Below are positions 10,066-18,771 of a stretch of DNA of 64,000 nt, one piece after another; the stretch's first letter is position 1; every line of letters starts with the position of its first letter. Both the position numbers and the translations under genes were made by a program. This stretch comes from Blastocatellia bacterium (GTDB lineage Bacteria; Acidobacteriota; Blastocatellia; UBA7656), in the NCBI GenBank assembly GCA_963765495.1, contig CAVXWP010000001.1, forward strand, positions 224,001-288,000, in the 5' to 3' direction. The notes under the pieces are model-generated. The model was not told the DNA's origin. It made no database searches and saw nothing but the letters and a program-made list of their open reading frames with translations.

Positions 10066-11463
10066 ATGCGCGACCTGATTGGAAAAGCACACGACCTGTT
10101 CTCAGAAAGATTATACATGCCTTTCTCACGGCTTCAGCGAATCATTCGCCCTTCGCACCGCCTGATGATGATGGCTGTAAACGCCGGTATGCGTTTTCGC
10201 AAAGAGGCCGCCGGGTGGAGCGACGACGAGAAACAAGAGTGGAGTCTGAATCGCCTGCGGTTTGCCCTGCGCCGGGCATACCGCGAGACGAGCTTTTATC
10301 GTGACCGCTTCCGCCAGATCGGGTTCGACCCGTGGATGGATTTCAGTTTCGACGATTTCAGCCGACTCCCCGTTCTTGATCGGGAAGAGGTTCAACAGGC
10401 GGGCAAGACGATGGTTTCGACCGCGATGCCCGCAAATGAATTGAGAAAAGATTCGACGGGAGGCTCGACCGGAACGCCTACCGAAATATGGACCGGCCCC
10501 GAAGAACGCGGCTGGCGCGAAGGCGCAAGAGAGTATTTCATGGAGCGAATAGGCGCGGGTACGGGCACGCGAACCGGCATGCTCTGGGGGCATCATCTGG
10601 ACCCCGTTCGAAGCGAAAGCCTGCGGGACCGCGTTTATTCGTTTGTGACAAACGTCAGGTGGTTTGATTGCTTTCGGCTTTCGCCCGATGTGCTCGAAAA
10701 ATATCACAGGGAATTCGAGCGTTACAGCCCGGCCTGCATACTCGCCTATGCAAGCGCGCTTGGACAACTGGCCGAGCACCTGCTCGAACATGGCTACAAC
10801 CCCGCCTATCCCACGCGCTGCTTTATCACGGGAGCCGAAAAACTCCTGCCTCATCATCGTGAGGCCGTCGAACTTGCATTCGGGAAATCGGTCCACGAAC
10901 GCTACGGCGGGCGCGATGTCGGATGCATGGGTTTTCAAACCAGTCCGGCTGAAACGCTCGACTACACGGTTGACTGGGGCAACATCTTTATCGAGCCTGA
11001 AACCGATGAGCCGGATTCGCCTATTCTGATCACAAAGCTCCACGCGGACGCGATGCCGATGATTCGCTATCGCGTCGGAGACATAGGCCGTTTTCCCGCG
11101 ATCAGCAAACCGGGGCATCCCACTTTTGTGCTGCACGAAGTTCTGGGCCGCGCGACCGACCGCATCTGGCTGCCAAACGCGGGCTGGATCACGGGACTGC
11201 AATTCCCGCACATGCTAAAGGATTACCCGGTCCGCGAATTCATGTTCATACAGCGCCCGGATTATTCGGTCGAATTAAAGATCGTCCCCCGTCAGGGCTT
11301 TGGCCAGGAGAGCCGCAGACAGATACTCGCTACCGTAGCCGACAACCTGCCGGGCCTCGATCTGAGCATCGAACTGGTCGAAGAGATACCGCGAACCCGG
11401 GCGAACAAACGGCGGCCCGTCATAAGCGAGGTCAATCCGATAAGGAGAAAACTGGCCTCATGA
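10066..11463 (+). CDS. Phenylacetate-CoA ligase / CapK-like adenylate-forming enzyme
   Basis: STGGSTGTP P-loop, ITGAEKL, ERYGGRD, MPMIRYRVGD. Confidence 0.85.
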   Translation: MRDLIGKAHDLFSERLYMPFSRLQRIIRPSHRLMMMAVNAGMRFRKEAAGWSDDEKQEWSLNRLRFALRRAYRETSFYRDRFRQIGFDPWMDFSFDDFSRLPVLDREEVQQAGKTMVSTAMPANELRKDSTGGSTGTPTEIWTGPEERGWREGAREYFMERIGAGTGTRTGMLWGHHLDPVRSESLRDRVYSFVTNVRWFDCFRLSPDVLEKYHREFERYSPACILAYASALGQLAEHLLEHGYNPAYPTRCFITGAEKLLPHHREAVELAFGKSVHERYGGRDVGCMGFQTSPAETLDYTVDWGNIFIEPETDEPDSPILITKLHADAMPMIRYRVGDIGRFPAISKPGHPTFVLHEVLGRATDRIWLPNAGWITGLQFPHMLKDYPVREFMFIQRPDYSVELKIVPRQGFGQESRRQILATVADNLPGLDLSIELVEEIPRTRANKRRPVISEVNPIRRKLAS

Positions 11464-12878
11464 AAACTGCTGACGAATTCCGCATGGACCCTCGTGTCGG
11501 GGTCTCTGAAATAGCCGATTCCACCTACCCGTCTTTATCGGGGGCTTCAGGGGAGGCGGGGACAAGCATAGACGAGGCTATCGAAAAGCTTGCCCGGGCG
11601 CTTGGCTGGCTTGATGAAGCGCGCGGGCCGCTTGGGCGTGTAATCCCTCGCGGCGCTCGCGTTCTGATCAAGCCCAATTTCGTAATGCATGAAAACCACG
11701 GCCCGTGGGGAATAGAGCCGCTTTTGACTCACTCTTCGATCATCAAGGCGGCGGTCGAGGCCGCGCTTCGCGCCGATGCGTCCGAGGTTCTGGTAGGCGA
11801 CGCCCCCTTGCAGAGTTGCGACTTCGCCCGGTTGTTGAGCGCAACGGGACTTGACAGGTGGGCCGACCGGATGGTGAAAGCCGACACCAGGTTTATCGGT
11901 ATACACGACTTTCGCCGGACCACCTGCGGATTTGTCAACGGGGTGAGGGTCGCTTCGCAAGACCTGCAATCCGAAGATCGTTTTGTGCTGTTCGATATGA
12001 CGAGCGAAAGTCTGCTTGAGCCTGTCACGGAGGAGCAGGCAAATTTTCGAGTGACCTGTTACGACCCGCGATTGATGTCGAAAACACACCGACCGGGCCG
12101 CCATCAATATCTTGTCGCAAGAGATGTAATGGATGCGGATGTGGTAATAAATCTGCCCAAGTTAAAGACGCACAAGAAGGCGGGCGTCACCTGCGCGCTC
12201 AAAAACCTGATAGGCATAAACGGGAACAAAGAGTATCTGCCACATCATCGCGTGGGCGGAGCCAAAACAGGCGGGGATTGCTATCCGGGTGGGAGCCGCG
12301 TAAAACGCGCGCTCGAATACACGCTCGACCGGCAGAACATGGCTGAATCAATGGCCTCGGGCAGGCTGTGGAATGAAGTCGCCACAAATCTGAATCGCCT
12401 GCTGCGGCTCACCGGAGATGATCTCGGCACGGAAGGCTCGTGGTCGGGAAACGATACGATCTGGCGCACGTGTCTCGACCTCAACCGGATTCTTTTATAC
12501 GGCAAGGCGGATCGAAGCCTCGGCAATGAGCCCGCGCGCCGGGTCATCCACATAGTTGATGCGGTAGTGGCCGGGCAGGGAGACGGGCCGCTATCTCCGC
12601 AGCCGCTCGATATGGGTTTGATACTCGCGGGCGAGAACGCGGCGGCGCTCGACTGGGTAGGCGCGCGATTGCTCGGTTACTGGCCGGAACGGATTCCAAT
12701 CATACGCGAGGCATTTGGCGATTTCCGCTGGCCGCTCGCCTCGTTTGCGCCTGATGATATAACGCTGCTGGGCGATCTGGGAACGGGCAATGAAAAAGAG
12801 CGAATCGAATCGTGGAAGCGACCCGCGCCCGTCATCTATCCGGCAGGCTGGCGCGATGCCGCGCAGCAGAGCACCTGA
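11460..12878 (+). CDS. DUF362 domain protein
   Basis: RVLIKPNFV, INLPKLKTH, VTCALKNLIG, IVDAVVAGQGDGP. Confidence 0.85.
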   Translation: MKTADEFRMDPRVGVSEIADSTYPSLSGASGEAGTSIDEAIEKLARALGWLDEARGPLGRVIPRGARVLIKPNFVMHENHGPWGIEPLLTHSSIIKAAVEAALRADASEVLVGDAPLQSCDFARLLSATGLDRWADRMVKADTRFIGIHDFRRTTCGFVNGVRVASQDLQSEDRFVLFDMTSESLLEPVTEEQANFRVTCYDPRLMSKTHRPGRHQYLVARDVMDADVVINLPKLKTHKKAGVTCALKNLIGINGNKEYLPHHRVGGAKTGGDCYPGGSRVKRALEYTLDRQNMAESMASGRLWNEVATNLNRLLRLTGDDLGTEGSWSGNDTIWRTCLDLNRILLYGKADRSLGNEPARRVIHIVDAVVAGQGDGPLSPQPLDMGLILAGENAAALDWVGARLLGYWPERIPIIREAFGDFRWPLASFAPDDITLLGDLGTGNEKERIESWKRPAPVIYPAGWRDAAQQST

Positions 12879-12920
12879 GATTTGAGATTTGAGATTTGAG
12901 GTTTGAGATTTGAAATCTCA
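12876..12920. repeat. Heptamer tandem array (TGAGATT)x5 ending in a small hairpin
   Basis: tgagatt tgagatt tgagatt tgaggtt tgagatt tgaaatctca; first TGA is the DUF362 stop. Confidence 0.85.
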
Positions 12921-12973
12921 GAAGTGCTCAAGTTCATTTGATCGAAAAAAGGGCTTATTAAAGGGGCTTAAAT

Positions 12974-14155
12974 TTGAAACCGGCAGTTCTTCAACTGATA
13001 GACAGTTTTCGCCAGGGCGGGTCCGAGCGGCAGGCCGTGCAGCTTGCGCGACTCTTGAAGGTGAGCGGGCGGTTCCGCGTTCACGTAGCCTGCCTTGATG
13101 CGAGCGGCCCTCTGCGCGATGAAGTAGACGGCCTCAACCCTGGTGACATCCCGGAATACCGCCTGACGAACTTCCGCAACCCTCAGACGCTTGCGCAGGT
13201 GTGGCGGTTTGCTCGCTATCTGAAACGGATGAATATAGCGGTAGTGCATACGCACGACTTTTATACGAATATCTTTGGCATGTTCGGGGCGGCGCTTGCG
13301 GGCGTGCCTGCGCGAATCGCGTCGCGTCGCGAATCGGCCAAACGCGCGCCGGGCAAAAGGCGGCTTGAGCGCGCGGCTTATCGGCTGGCGCACAGAGTTG
13401 TCGCCAACTGCGAAGAGGTCAGGCGGCAGTTGATCGCCGAAGGCGTTAGCGAGCAAAAAATCCTCACGAGTTACAACGGATTGGATATCGAGCGGATCAA
13501 CCCCGGACAGGTTTATCGCCGCGATGAGGTGCTCGCGCTTCTCGGGCTTTCCGGCCTGGGCGAGCGCCCGATAATCACAATCGTGGCCAACATACGCGCC
13601 GTCAAAGATCACGCCACATTTTTGCGCGCGGCCCGGCGCGTGCGTGATCGAAAGCCTCAGACGGCCTTTGTGGTCGCGGGCGACGGGGATTATATGGAGC
13701 CGGTGCGCGGTCTTATCTCACGACTCGGGCTTGAGCAGGATGTTTACCTGACGGGGCGATGCAGCCGTGTGGCGGAGTTGCTGGCCGCCTCTGATGTCTG
13801 CGTATTGAGTTCGAGGTCCGAAGGTTTTTCAAATTCGATACTCGAATACATGGCCGCAGCGCGTCCCGTAGTAGCTACGGATGTCGGCGGCGCTCGCGAG
13901 GCGATTGTCGAAGGTGAGACGGGGCATCTCGTCCCGGCAGGCGATGACGAAAGGATGGCAGCGCGAATACTTTCTCTGCTCGACGATCCGGCCCGCGCTC
14001 GACGGATGGGCGAACGCGGGCAGACGTTAGTGAAGCGAACATTTTCCTGCGAGGCGCAACTCGAACGCACCGAGCGACTTTATCAACAATTGCTCGCACC
14101 ATTCGAGCCGGGCATTGTGAAAGAGGCCGGAATGGCCGAGCGCGAGAGCGTGTGA
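12974..14155 (+). CDS. Glycosyltransferase family 4
   Basis: GGSERQAVQL; SSRSEGFSNSILEYMAAARPVVATDVGG; TTG start. Confidence 0.9.
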   Translation: MKPAVLQLIDSFRQGGSERQAVQLARLLKVSGRFRVHVACLDASGPLRDEVDGLNPGDIPEYRLTNFRNPQTLAQVWRFARYLKRMNIAVVHTHDFYTNIFGMFGAALAGVPARIASRRESAKRAPGKRRLERAAYRLAHRVVANCEEVRRQLIAEGVSEQKILTSYNGLDIERINPGQVYRRDEVLALLGLSGLGERPIITIVANIRAVKDHATFLRAARRVRDRKPQTAFVVAGDGDYMEPVRGLISRLGLEQDVYLTGRCSRVAELLAASDVCVLSSRSEGFSNSILEYMAAARPVVATDVGGAREAIVEGETGHLVPAGDDERMAARILSLLDDPARARRMGERGQTLVKRTFSCEAQLERTERLYQQLLAPFEPGIVKEAGMAERESV

Positions 14156-14220
14156 CAAACACCGGGGCAAACAAGCCGATGAACGAGCGGACGAACGAAT
14201 AAGGGGAAGGGTTACAGGTA

Positions 14221-15354
14221 ATGAGCGATCAAGTTCTGGGGAGAATACAGAATCGAATAGATGCAATCGAGCGCGCAGAAGCGCCGGTAAGAGTGCTGAT
14301 AGTGGCTCCGTCGCTCGACATTCTGGGCGGGCAGTCCGTCCAGGCTTCGAGGCTGCTTGAGCATTTGAGCCGCGAACCCTCGCTTGAGGTTTCATTTCAG
14401 CCCGTGAACCCGCGTCTGCCGGGGCTTTTGGGAAAGTTGCAAGGCATCAAGTACGTTCGAACCATTTTGACATCGCTTGCCTACTGGGCTTCACTGCTTG
14501 CGCGTGTAAACAGATTCGATGTCATTCACATCTTTTCGGCCTCCTACACTTCCTTTGTCATCGCCCCGACCCCGGCGATTTTGATAGCCCGGTTGTTTGG
14601 AAAAAAGATAGTGCTCAACTATCGCAGCGGCGAAGCCGAAGACCATCTGAAACGCTGGCATCGAACCGCGATTCCTACTATCCGCCTTGTGGATAGAGTC
14701 GCGGTTCCTTCGGGCTATCTCGTAGATGTCTTTGCGCGATTCGGATTGCGCGCTCGCGCGATATACAACACGGTTGACACGGATTGTTTTCGCTTTCGCA
14801 AACGCGACCGCCTTCGTCCCGTCTTTCTTTCAAATCGGAACCTCGAACCGCTTTACAACATAGGCTGTATCCTGCGGGCCTTTTCCATCATTCAGCAGAG
14901 CTACCCCGAAGCGCGACTCGTCGTGGCGGGCGATGGAGGCGCGCGCGCGGGGCTTGAAGAACTGGCGCGAAATCTCAAGCTCAACAACATCGAATTTCTG
15001 GGTCGCGTTCCGCATGAAAAGATGTACCAGCTTTACGCCGAAGCCGATATTTACCTGAACAGCCCCAACATAGACAATATGCCCGGATCAATCATCGAAT
15101 CGTTTGCCTCGGGCCTGCCTGTCGTTACAACGGATGCGGGCGGCATCCCCTACATTGTGACCGAAGGCGAGACGGGGCTGATGGTCGAGCGAGACGATCA
15201 CGAGGCGCTTGCCGAACAGGCTTTGCGCCTGCTTGATGACGAAACCCTGGCGGCGCGGGTAGCAATCAAAGCGCGGGAAGAATGCGATAAGTATAAATGG
15301 TCCTCCGTCAGAAGCCATTGGCTCAAGCTCTATCACGAACTGGCGCGAGAGTGA
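14221..15354 (+). CDS. Glycosyltransferase family 4
   Basis: LSNRNLEPLY; DNMPGSIIESFASGLPVVTTDAGG. Confidence 0.9.
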   Translation: MSDQVLGRIQNRIDAIERAEAPVRVLIVAPSLDILGGQSVQASRLLEHLSREPSLEVSFQPVNPRLPGLLGKLQGIKYVRTILTSLAYWASLLARVNRFDVIHIFSASYTSFVIAPTPAILIARLFGKKIVLNYRSGEAEDHLKRWHRTAIPTIRLVDRVAVPSGYLVDVFARFGLRARAIYNTVDTDCFRFRKRDRLRPVFLSNRNLEPLYNIGCILRAFSIIQQSYPEARLVVAGDGGARAGLEELARNLKLNNIEFLGRVPHEKMYQLYAEADIYLNSPNIDNMPGSIIESFASGLPVVTTDAGGIPYIVTEGETGLMVERDDHEALAEQALRLLDDETLAARVAIKAREECDKYKWSSVRSHWLKLYHELARE

Positions 15355-15366
15355 CAGACGTAATTT

Positions 15367-15461
15367 GTGATTCGTGATTCGTGATTCGTGATTCACCTGT
15401 CTTGCAATCTATCTTTAACCGGCAATCTGCCTGAAAGTCACGAATCACGAATCACGAATCA
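15367..15461. repeat. Heptamer-armed inverted repeat element (GTGATTC)n...(GAATCAC)n
   Basis: Four GTGATTC units, about 43-bp spacer, about 3.5 inverted units; spacer resembles those at 22653 and 43701. Confidence 0.85.
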
Positions 15462-15726
15462 TTTTTGTAGATATTCGGGAGTTCCAAGTATAGGAAATAC
15501 ATGCCAGAGTGTCGGGTTGAGTTTAGAGCTGGCATTATGAAACCAACATATCGGAACGAGCAAGGGGAACGGCAGAAATTCGGCAGATTTCAAAGCGAGC
15601 TTACTAAAAACCAGAGCGGGATGGTCGAATTGTCATTCATACGATGTCTTACTTGCCTGCCTTCGGTGTAGCCCCTTCGGCGGGTCCGGTTTTTAGCTCC
15701 CTGTCGGAAAGCTGTTGAGGAATAGA

Positions 15727-17370
15727 ATGAGTACTACTGCAAAGCACAGGCTGTCTTCGGTAAAATCGAGCGAAACACCAGATACTTCCCCAGCCCGGCA
15801 ACCCGGGTCCAGAGAGAAGGATCGGGCGGAGGCTCTTTTCCGCGAGCGATTTACGATACTGGAGCGTGTAGGGGCGACCGAACGCTCCACGCTTTACCTG
15901 GCCGAAGACAGGAAAGCGCGAAAGGCGGCGTCTGCCAGATCGGGTGATGTGATCAGACTGGAGGTTCTTTCCGACCTTGCCGCCGAGGATTCGAAGCAAC
16001 TGGACCTGTTTTATCTGGAAGCGGCAGCGGCTGCAAAGCTCTCGCACAGGAACATAATCAATTCCGGGGAAGCAGAACAGGTGGGCGCGCTTCATTGTCG
16101 CACAAGCGAATATCGCCCGGGCGCCTCTACGTTACGCAATCTGCTTGACCGCTCCGGCTGGCTCGATATCTCAAGGGCGATAAATATCACAACCCAGATT
16201 GCCGACGCGCTCGATGAGGCTCATCAAAAAGGGGTGCTGCATTTGCAAGTGCAGCCGGAAAACATCCTGATCGAGGAAGACGGGCGGGCACGGTTATCAG
16301 GATTCGGCCTCAATGCGAGCGATGATAAGAGAAATGATGCGCGTGACAAACTGGCCTGGCTGGCCTGGGCGCAACGCGAAAGAGCAAGCCGTCTGCCTGT
16401 GCATTACATAAGCCCGGAACAGGCGAGAAGCGCAAGTGTGGACCACCGCAGCGACCTCTATTCGCTCGGCATCGTGCTGTTTGAAATCTTGACTGATCGC
16501 CTGCCTTTCGATTCGGAGGATTTAAGCCTCGTCAGGCGAAAACTTACAAATCAAGCGCCGCCGCCGCCCGGTATGTTGCGAGCCGGGTTGCCGGAATCGC
16601 TGTCGGATATAGTGATGAGACTGCTTGCGAAAAAGCCGGAAAACCGTTTTCAAAGCGCCGCATCGCTCAAAGCGGCATTGAACCCCGATTCCCGGCGATC
16701 TTCCATCGCCGTCGCAAAGCCTGAAAGACTATCGCTTCTTCGGGATTATGACCGAAGCAAACGCGAAGCGCCTCTGAGTGAAATCGAGCCGGTCAATGTT
16801 GAACCGACTCAATCGCGCCACGCTCAGCCCCTTCACGCCCGCGAATCCTACGAACCGCCCGAGATCATCCGCCTTGATTCGCCTCCGAGCCTCAAAGGCG
16901 AGCGCAACTCGGGCGAGCGCAACTCGGGCGAGCGCAACTCGCCGCTCGTAGCCGCAGATCAAACATCACCGCCACGGCAGACCCTGCCGCCGCAGACGAG
17001 TTCGAACAATAACAGCTTCGCGGGGCGATACGTCCTGCTTCTTCTTGCGGTGATTTTAGTGGTCGCTTCTCTTATCACGCTCGCCGTGACGGGCGTTTCA
17101 CGTCACACTCAACCGTCGCCCGCGCCGAGCTATACGGGCAATACATCGGCCACGCCTCAACCATCGGAGGATGTGCCGGAAAAGAGCGGGGCTTTGCCCG
17201 CCGACGGCAATCGTAACGCGTCTGCCGGTCAGCCAAATGCCGGGACGAATTCGACGCCAAAGAGCGCCCCAAAGAGTAAAGCCGTAAAAGCGAAAACGTC
17301 ACGAGTACAGTCGAAAAAGAAAACAGTAAAAGGTTCCAGCGCAAAGCGGTCTACCAGAAGACGAAGATAA
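15727..17370 (+). CDS. Membrane-anchored Hanks-type Ser/Thr pseudokinase
   Basis: Kinase fold recognisable (LSHRNI, PENILI, YISPEQ, SDLYSLGIVLFEILT, LAKKPENRF) but Gly-loop, VAIK Lys, HRD and DFG are all substituted; one TM helix and a basic tail. Confidence 0.85.
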   Translation: MSTTAKHRLSSVKSSETPDTSPARQPGSREKDRAEALFRERFTILERVGATERSTLYLAEDRKARKAASARSGDVIRLEVLSDLAAEDSKQLDLFYLEAAAAAKLSHRNIINSGEAEQVGALHCRTSEYRPGASTLRNLLDRSGWLDISRAINITTQIADALDEAHQKGVLHLQVQPENILIEEDGRARLSGFGLNASDDKRNDARDKLAWLAWAQRERASRLPVHYISPEQARSASVDHRSDLYSLGIVLFEILTDRLPFDSEDLSLVRRKLTNQAPPPPGMLRAGLPESLSDIVMRLLAKKPENRFQSAASLKAALNPDSRRSSIAVAKPERLSLLRDYDRSKREAPLSEIEPVNVEPTQSRHAQPLHARESYEPPEIIRLDSPPSLKGERNSGERNSGERNSPLVAADQTSPPRQTLPPQTSSNNNSFAGRYVLLLLAVILVVASLITLAVTGVSRHTQPSPAPSYTGNTSATPQPSEDVPEKSGALPADGNRNASAGQPNAGTNSTPKSAPKSKAVKAKTSRVQSKKKTVKGSSAKRSTRRRR

Positions 17371-17383
17371 GGGAGATAATTGA

Positions 17384-18286
17384 ATGTACGCACAGTTTTA
17401 CGGGTTCAAAGAGACGCCTTTCGGGCTGACGCCAAATCCGAAATATATCTTCAAGACCGAAAGCTATCTTGAAGTCATATCGAGTCTGAAATATTGCATC
17501 AGCCAGTATAAGGGACTGGTGGTCGTGCTCGGAGAGGTCGGGACCGGAAAGACTACGACCTTGCGCTCTATGCTTCAGCAACTCGGCCCCGATATAGTCT
17601 CCATCTATATCCTGAATCCCTTCCTAACCGTGCCCGAATTTTATCACTGGCTCACGAAGAGTCTGAGGCTTGATCTCGCGCCGTCCTGTTCCAAGCCCGA
17701 GTTGCTCGAAACGCTGGCGATCTGTCTTGCCCGTCGCCACGCGAAAGGGTCAAGGACCGTACTGATTGCCGACGAGGCGCATGGATTGTCGCAGGAAGTT
17801 CTCGAAGAGATACGCCTGCTTGCCAATCTCGAAACGAATACCGAAAAGCTGTTGCAGATCGTTTTGTGCGGACAGCCCGAGCTTCGAGAAACGCTGAACA
17901 GACCGAACCTGCGCCAGATCAAACAGCGCATCGCCATGCGCTGTACGATCAACCCGCTTGAGATGTACGAAATCAATAAGTACATCCGGTTCCGAATGAA
18001 GACAGCCGGAGCCGAACGTCTGGATATATTCGATTCAGAAGCGATTGATCTGATCGGTCGGCTCTCTCAGGGCATCCCGCGAGTCATCAATAATATCTGT
18101 GATAACGCACTCCTGCGCGGCTACGCGGACAATCAGGAAATTATCACACGCGACATCATTCAAGAGGTGGCCACGGTGCTCGATATCTGTACAGATGGTC
18201 TGCCCGGCAGCAATCAATCGGACCTGCATGCCTGGACATCTCCGTCCGATGTGCAGCTGAATCCGTTTGACGTCCCGCATAACTGA
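17384..18286 (+). CDS. ExeA/GspA-family AAA ATPase
   Basis: MYAQFYGFKETPFGLTPNP N-terminus, GEVGTGKTT Walker A, LIADEAH Walker B, LQIVLCGQPEL, GIPRVINNICD. Confidence 0.92.
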   Translation: MYAQFYGFKETPFGLTPNPKYIFKTESYLEVISSLKYCISQYKGLVVVLGEVGTGKTTTLRSMLQQLGPDIVSIYILNPFLTVPEFYHWLTKSLRLDLAPSCSKPELLETLAICLARRHAKGSRTVLIADEAHGLSQEVLEEIRLLANLETNTEKLLQIVLCGQPELRETLNRPNLRQIKQRIAMRCTINPLEMYEINKYIRFRMKTAGAERLDIFDSEAIDLIGRLSQGIPRVINNICDNALLRGYADNQEIITRDIIQEVATVLDICTDGLPGSNQSDLHAWTSPSDVQLNPFDVPHN

Positions 18287-18397
18287 GACATCAACTGGTC
18301 ATCTTTGCTAACCGACTGTCTGAATGTGTAACAAGGGTTATAGAAACAACCCTTGCGAAAATATTATGACTCAATAATAAGTCCGGCCCTTTACATC

Positions 18398-18431
18398 ACG
18401 CTAAATGGGTGAGCCGCCCATTTAGCGTTTA
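18398..18431 (+). terminator. Hairpin, possible intrinsic terminator after the ATPase gene
   Basis: acgctaaatggg-7 nt-cccatttagcgt followed by a short T run. Confidence 0.5.
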
Positions 18432-18506
18432 ACCACGGCAGGTTATTGAAATCAATAGGCTTACCAACTGTCTTTCCCCCCTCGATTCCCTGAAAGGAAA
18501 GAGCTT

Positions 18507-18552
18507 GCGGCATAATGCTTGCTCCATAATGCTTGCTCCATAATGCTTGCTC
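18507..18552 (+). promoter_or_regulatory. Putative sigma54 (-24/-12) promoter overlapped by a 14-bp triple tandem repeat
   Basis: gcGGCATaatgcTTGCt with GG(18509-10)-N10-GC(18521-22); CATAATGCTTGCTC x3 at 18511-18552. Confidence 0.55.
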
Positions 18553-18771
18553 TTAGATAAGGTTCAGAAAAAGGATGAGGGGAGTAAAATCCAGACACCA
18601 GCAAGAAATTATTCCAGGCATGAATTGAGACATCAAAAGAGAACTGTCTGATCGAGTACAAGCGCGATGGTGAAGTCAACTCAGGGTGACGGCGCTTGCG
18701 ACCGGAGGAGTCGTAGCCGGATGAGGCTACGCAAGGGCGGTTCTGTATTTTTTGAACAGTGGGGGAGGCTA

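Noticed and set aside
10126-11211. Long antisense ORFs (also 25730-26830, 37255-38337, 49094-49987, 54190-55152)
   Set aside because: Shadow frames opposite well-supported genes in GC-rich DNA; no recognisable motifs
15367-15461. CRISPR array interpretation of repeat/spacer patterns here and at similar loci
   Set aside because: Arms are inverted 7-bp tandem units, not 23-47-bp direct repeats with unique spacers; no cas genes
18450-18463. IHF site between the putative enhancer and sigma54 promoter
   Set aside because: AATCAA-N5-TTA is one base off the WATCAA-N4-TTR consensus
18655-18740. Possible c-di-GMP-II riboswitch in the leader of the sigma-like gene
   Set aside because: Only scattered word matches (TGAAG, GGCGCTT, GGAGTCGTAG); the pseudoknot complement and GCAACCG end are missing
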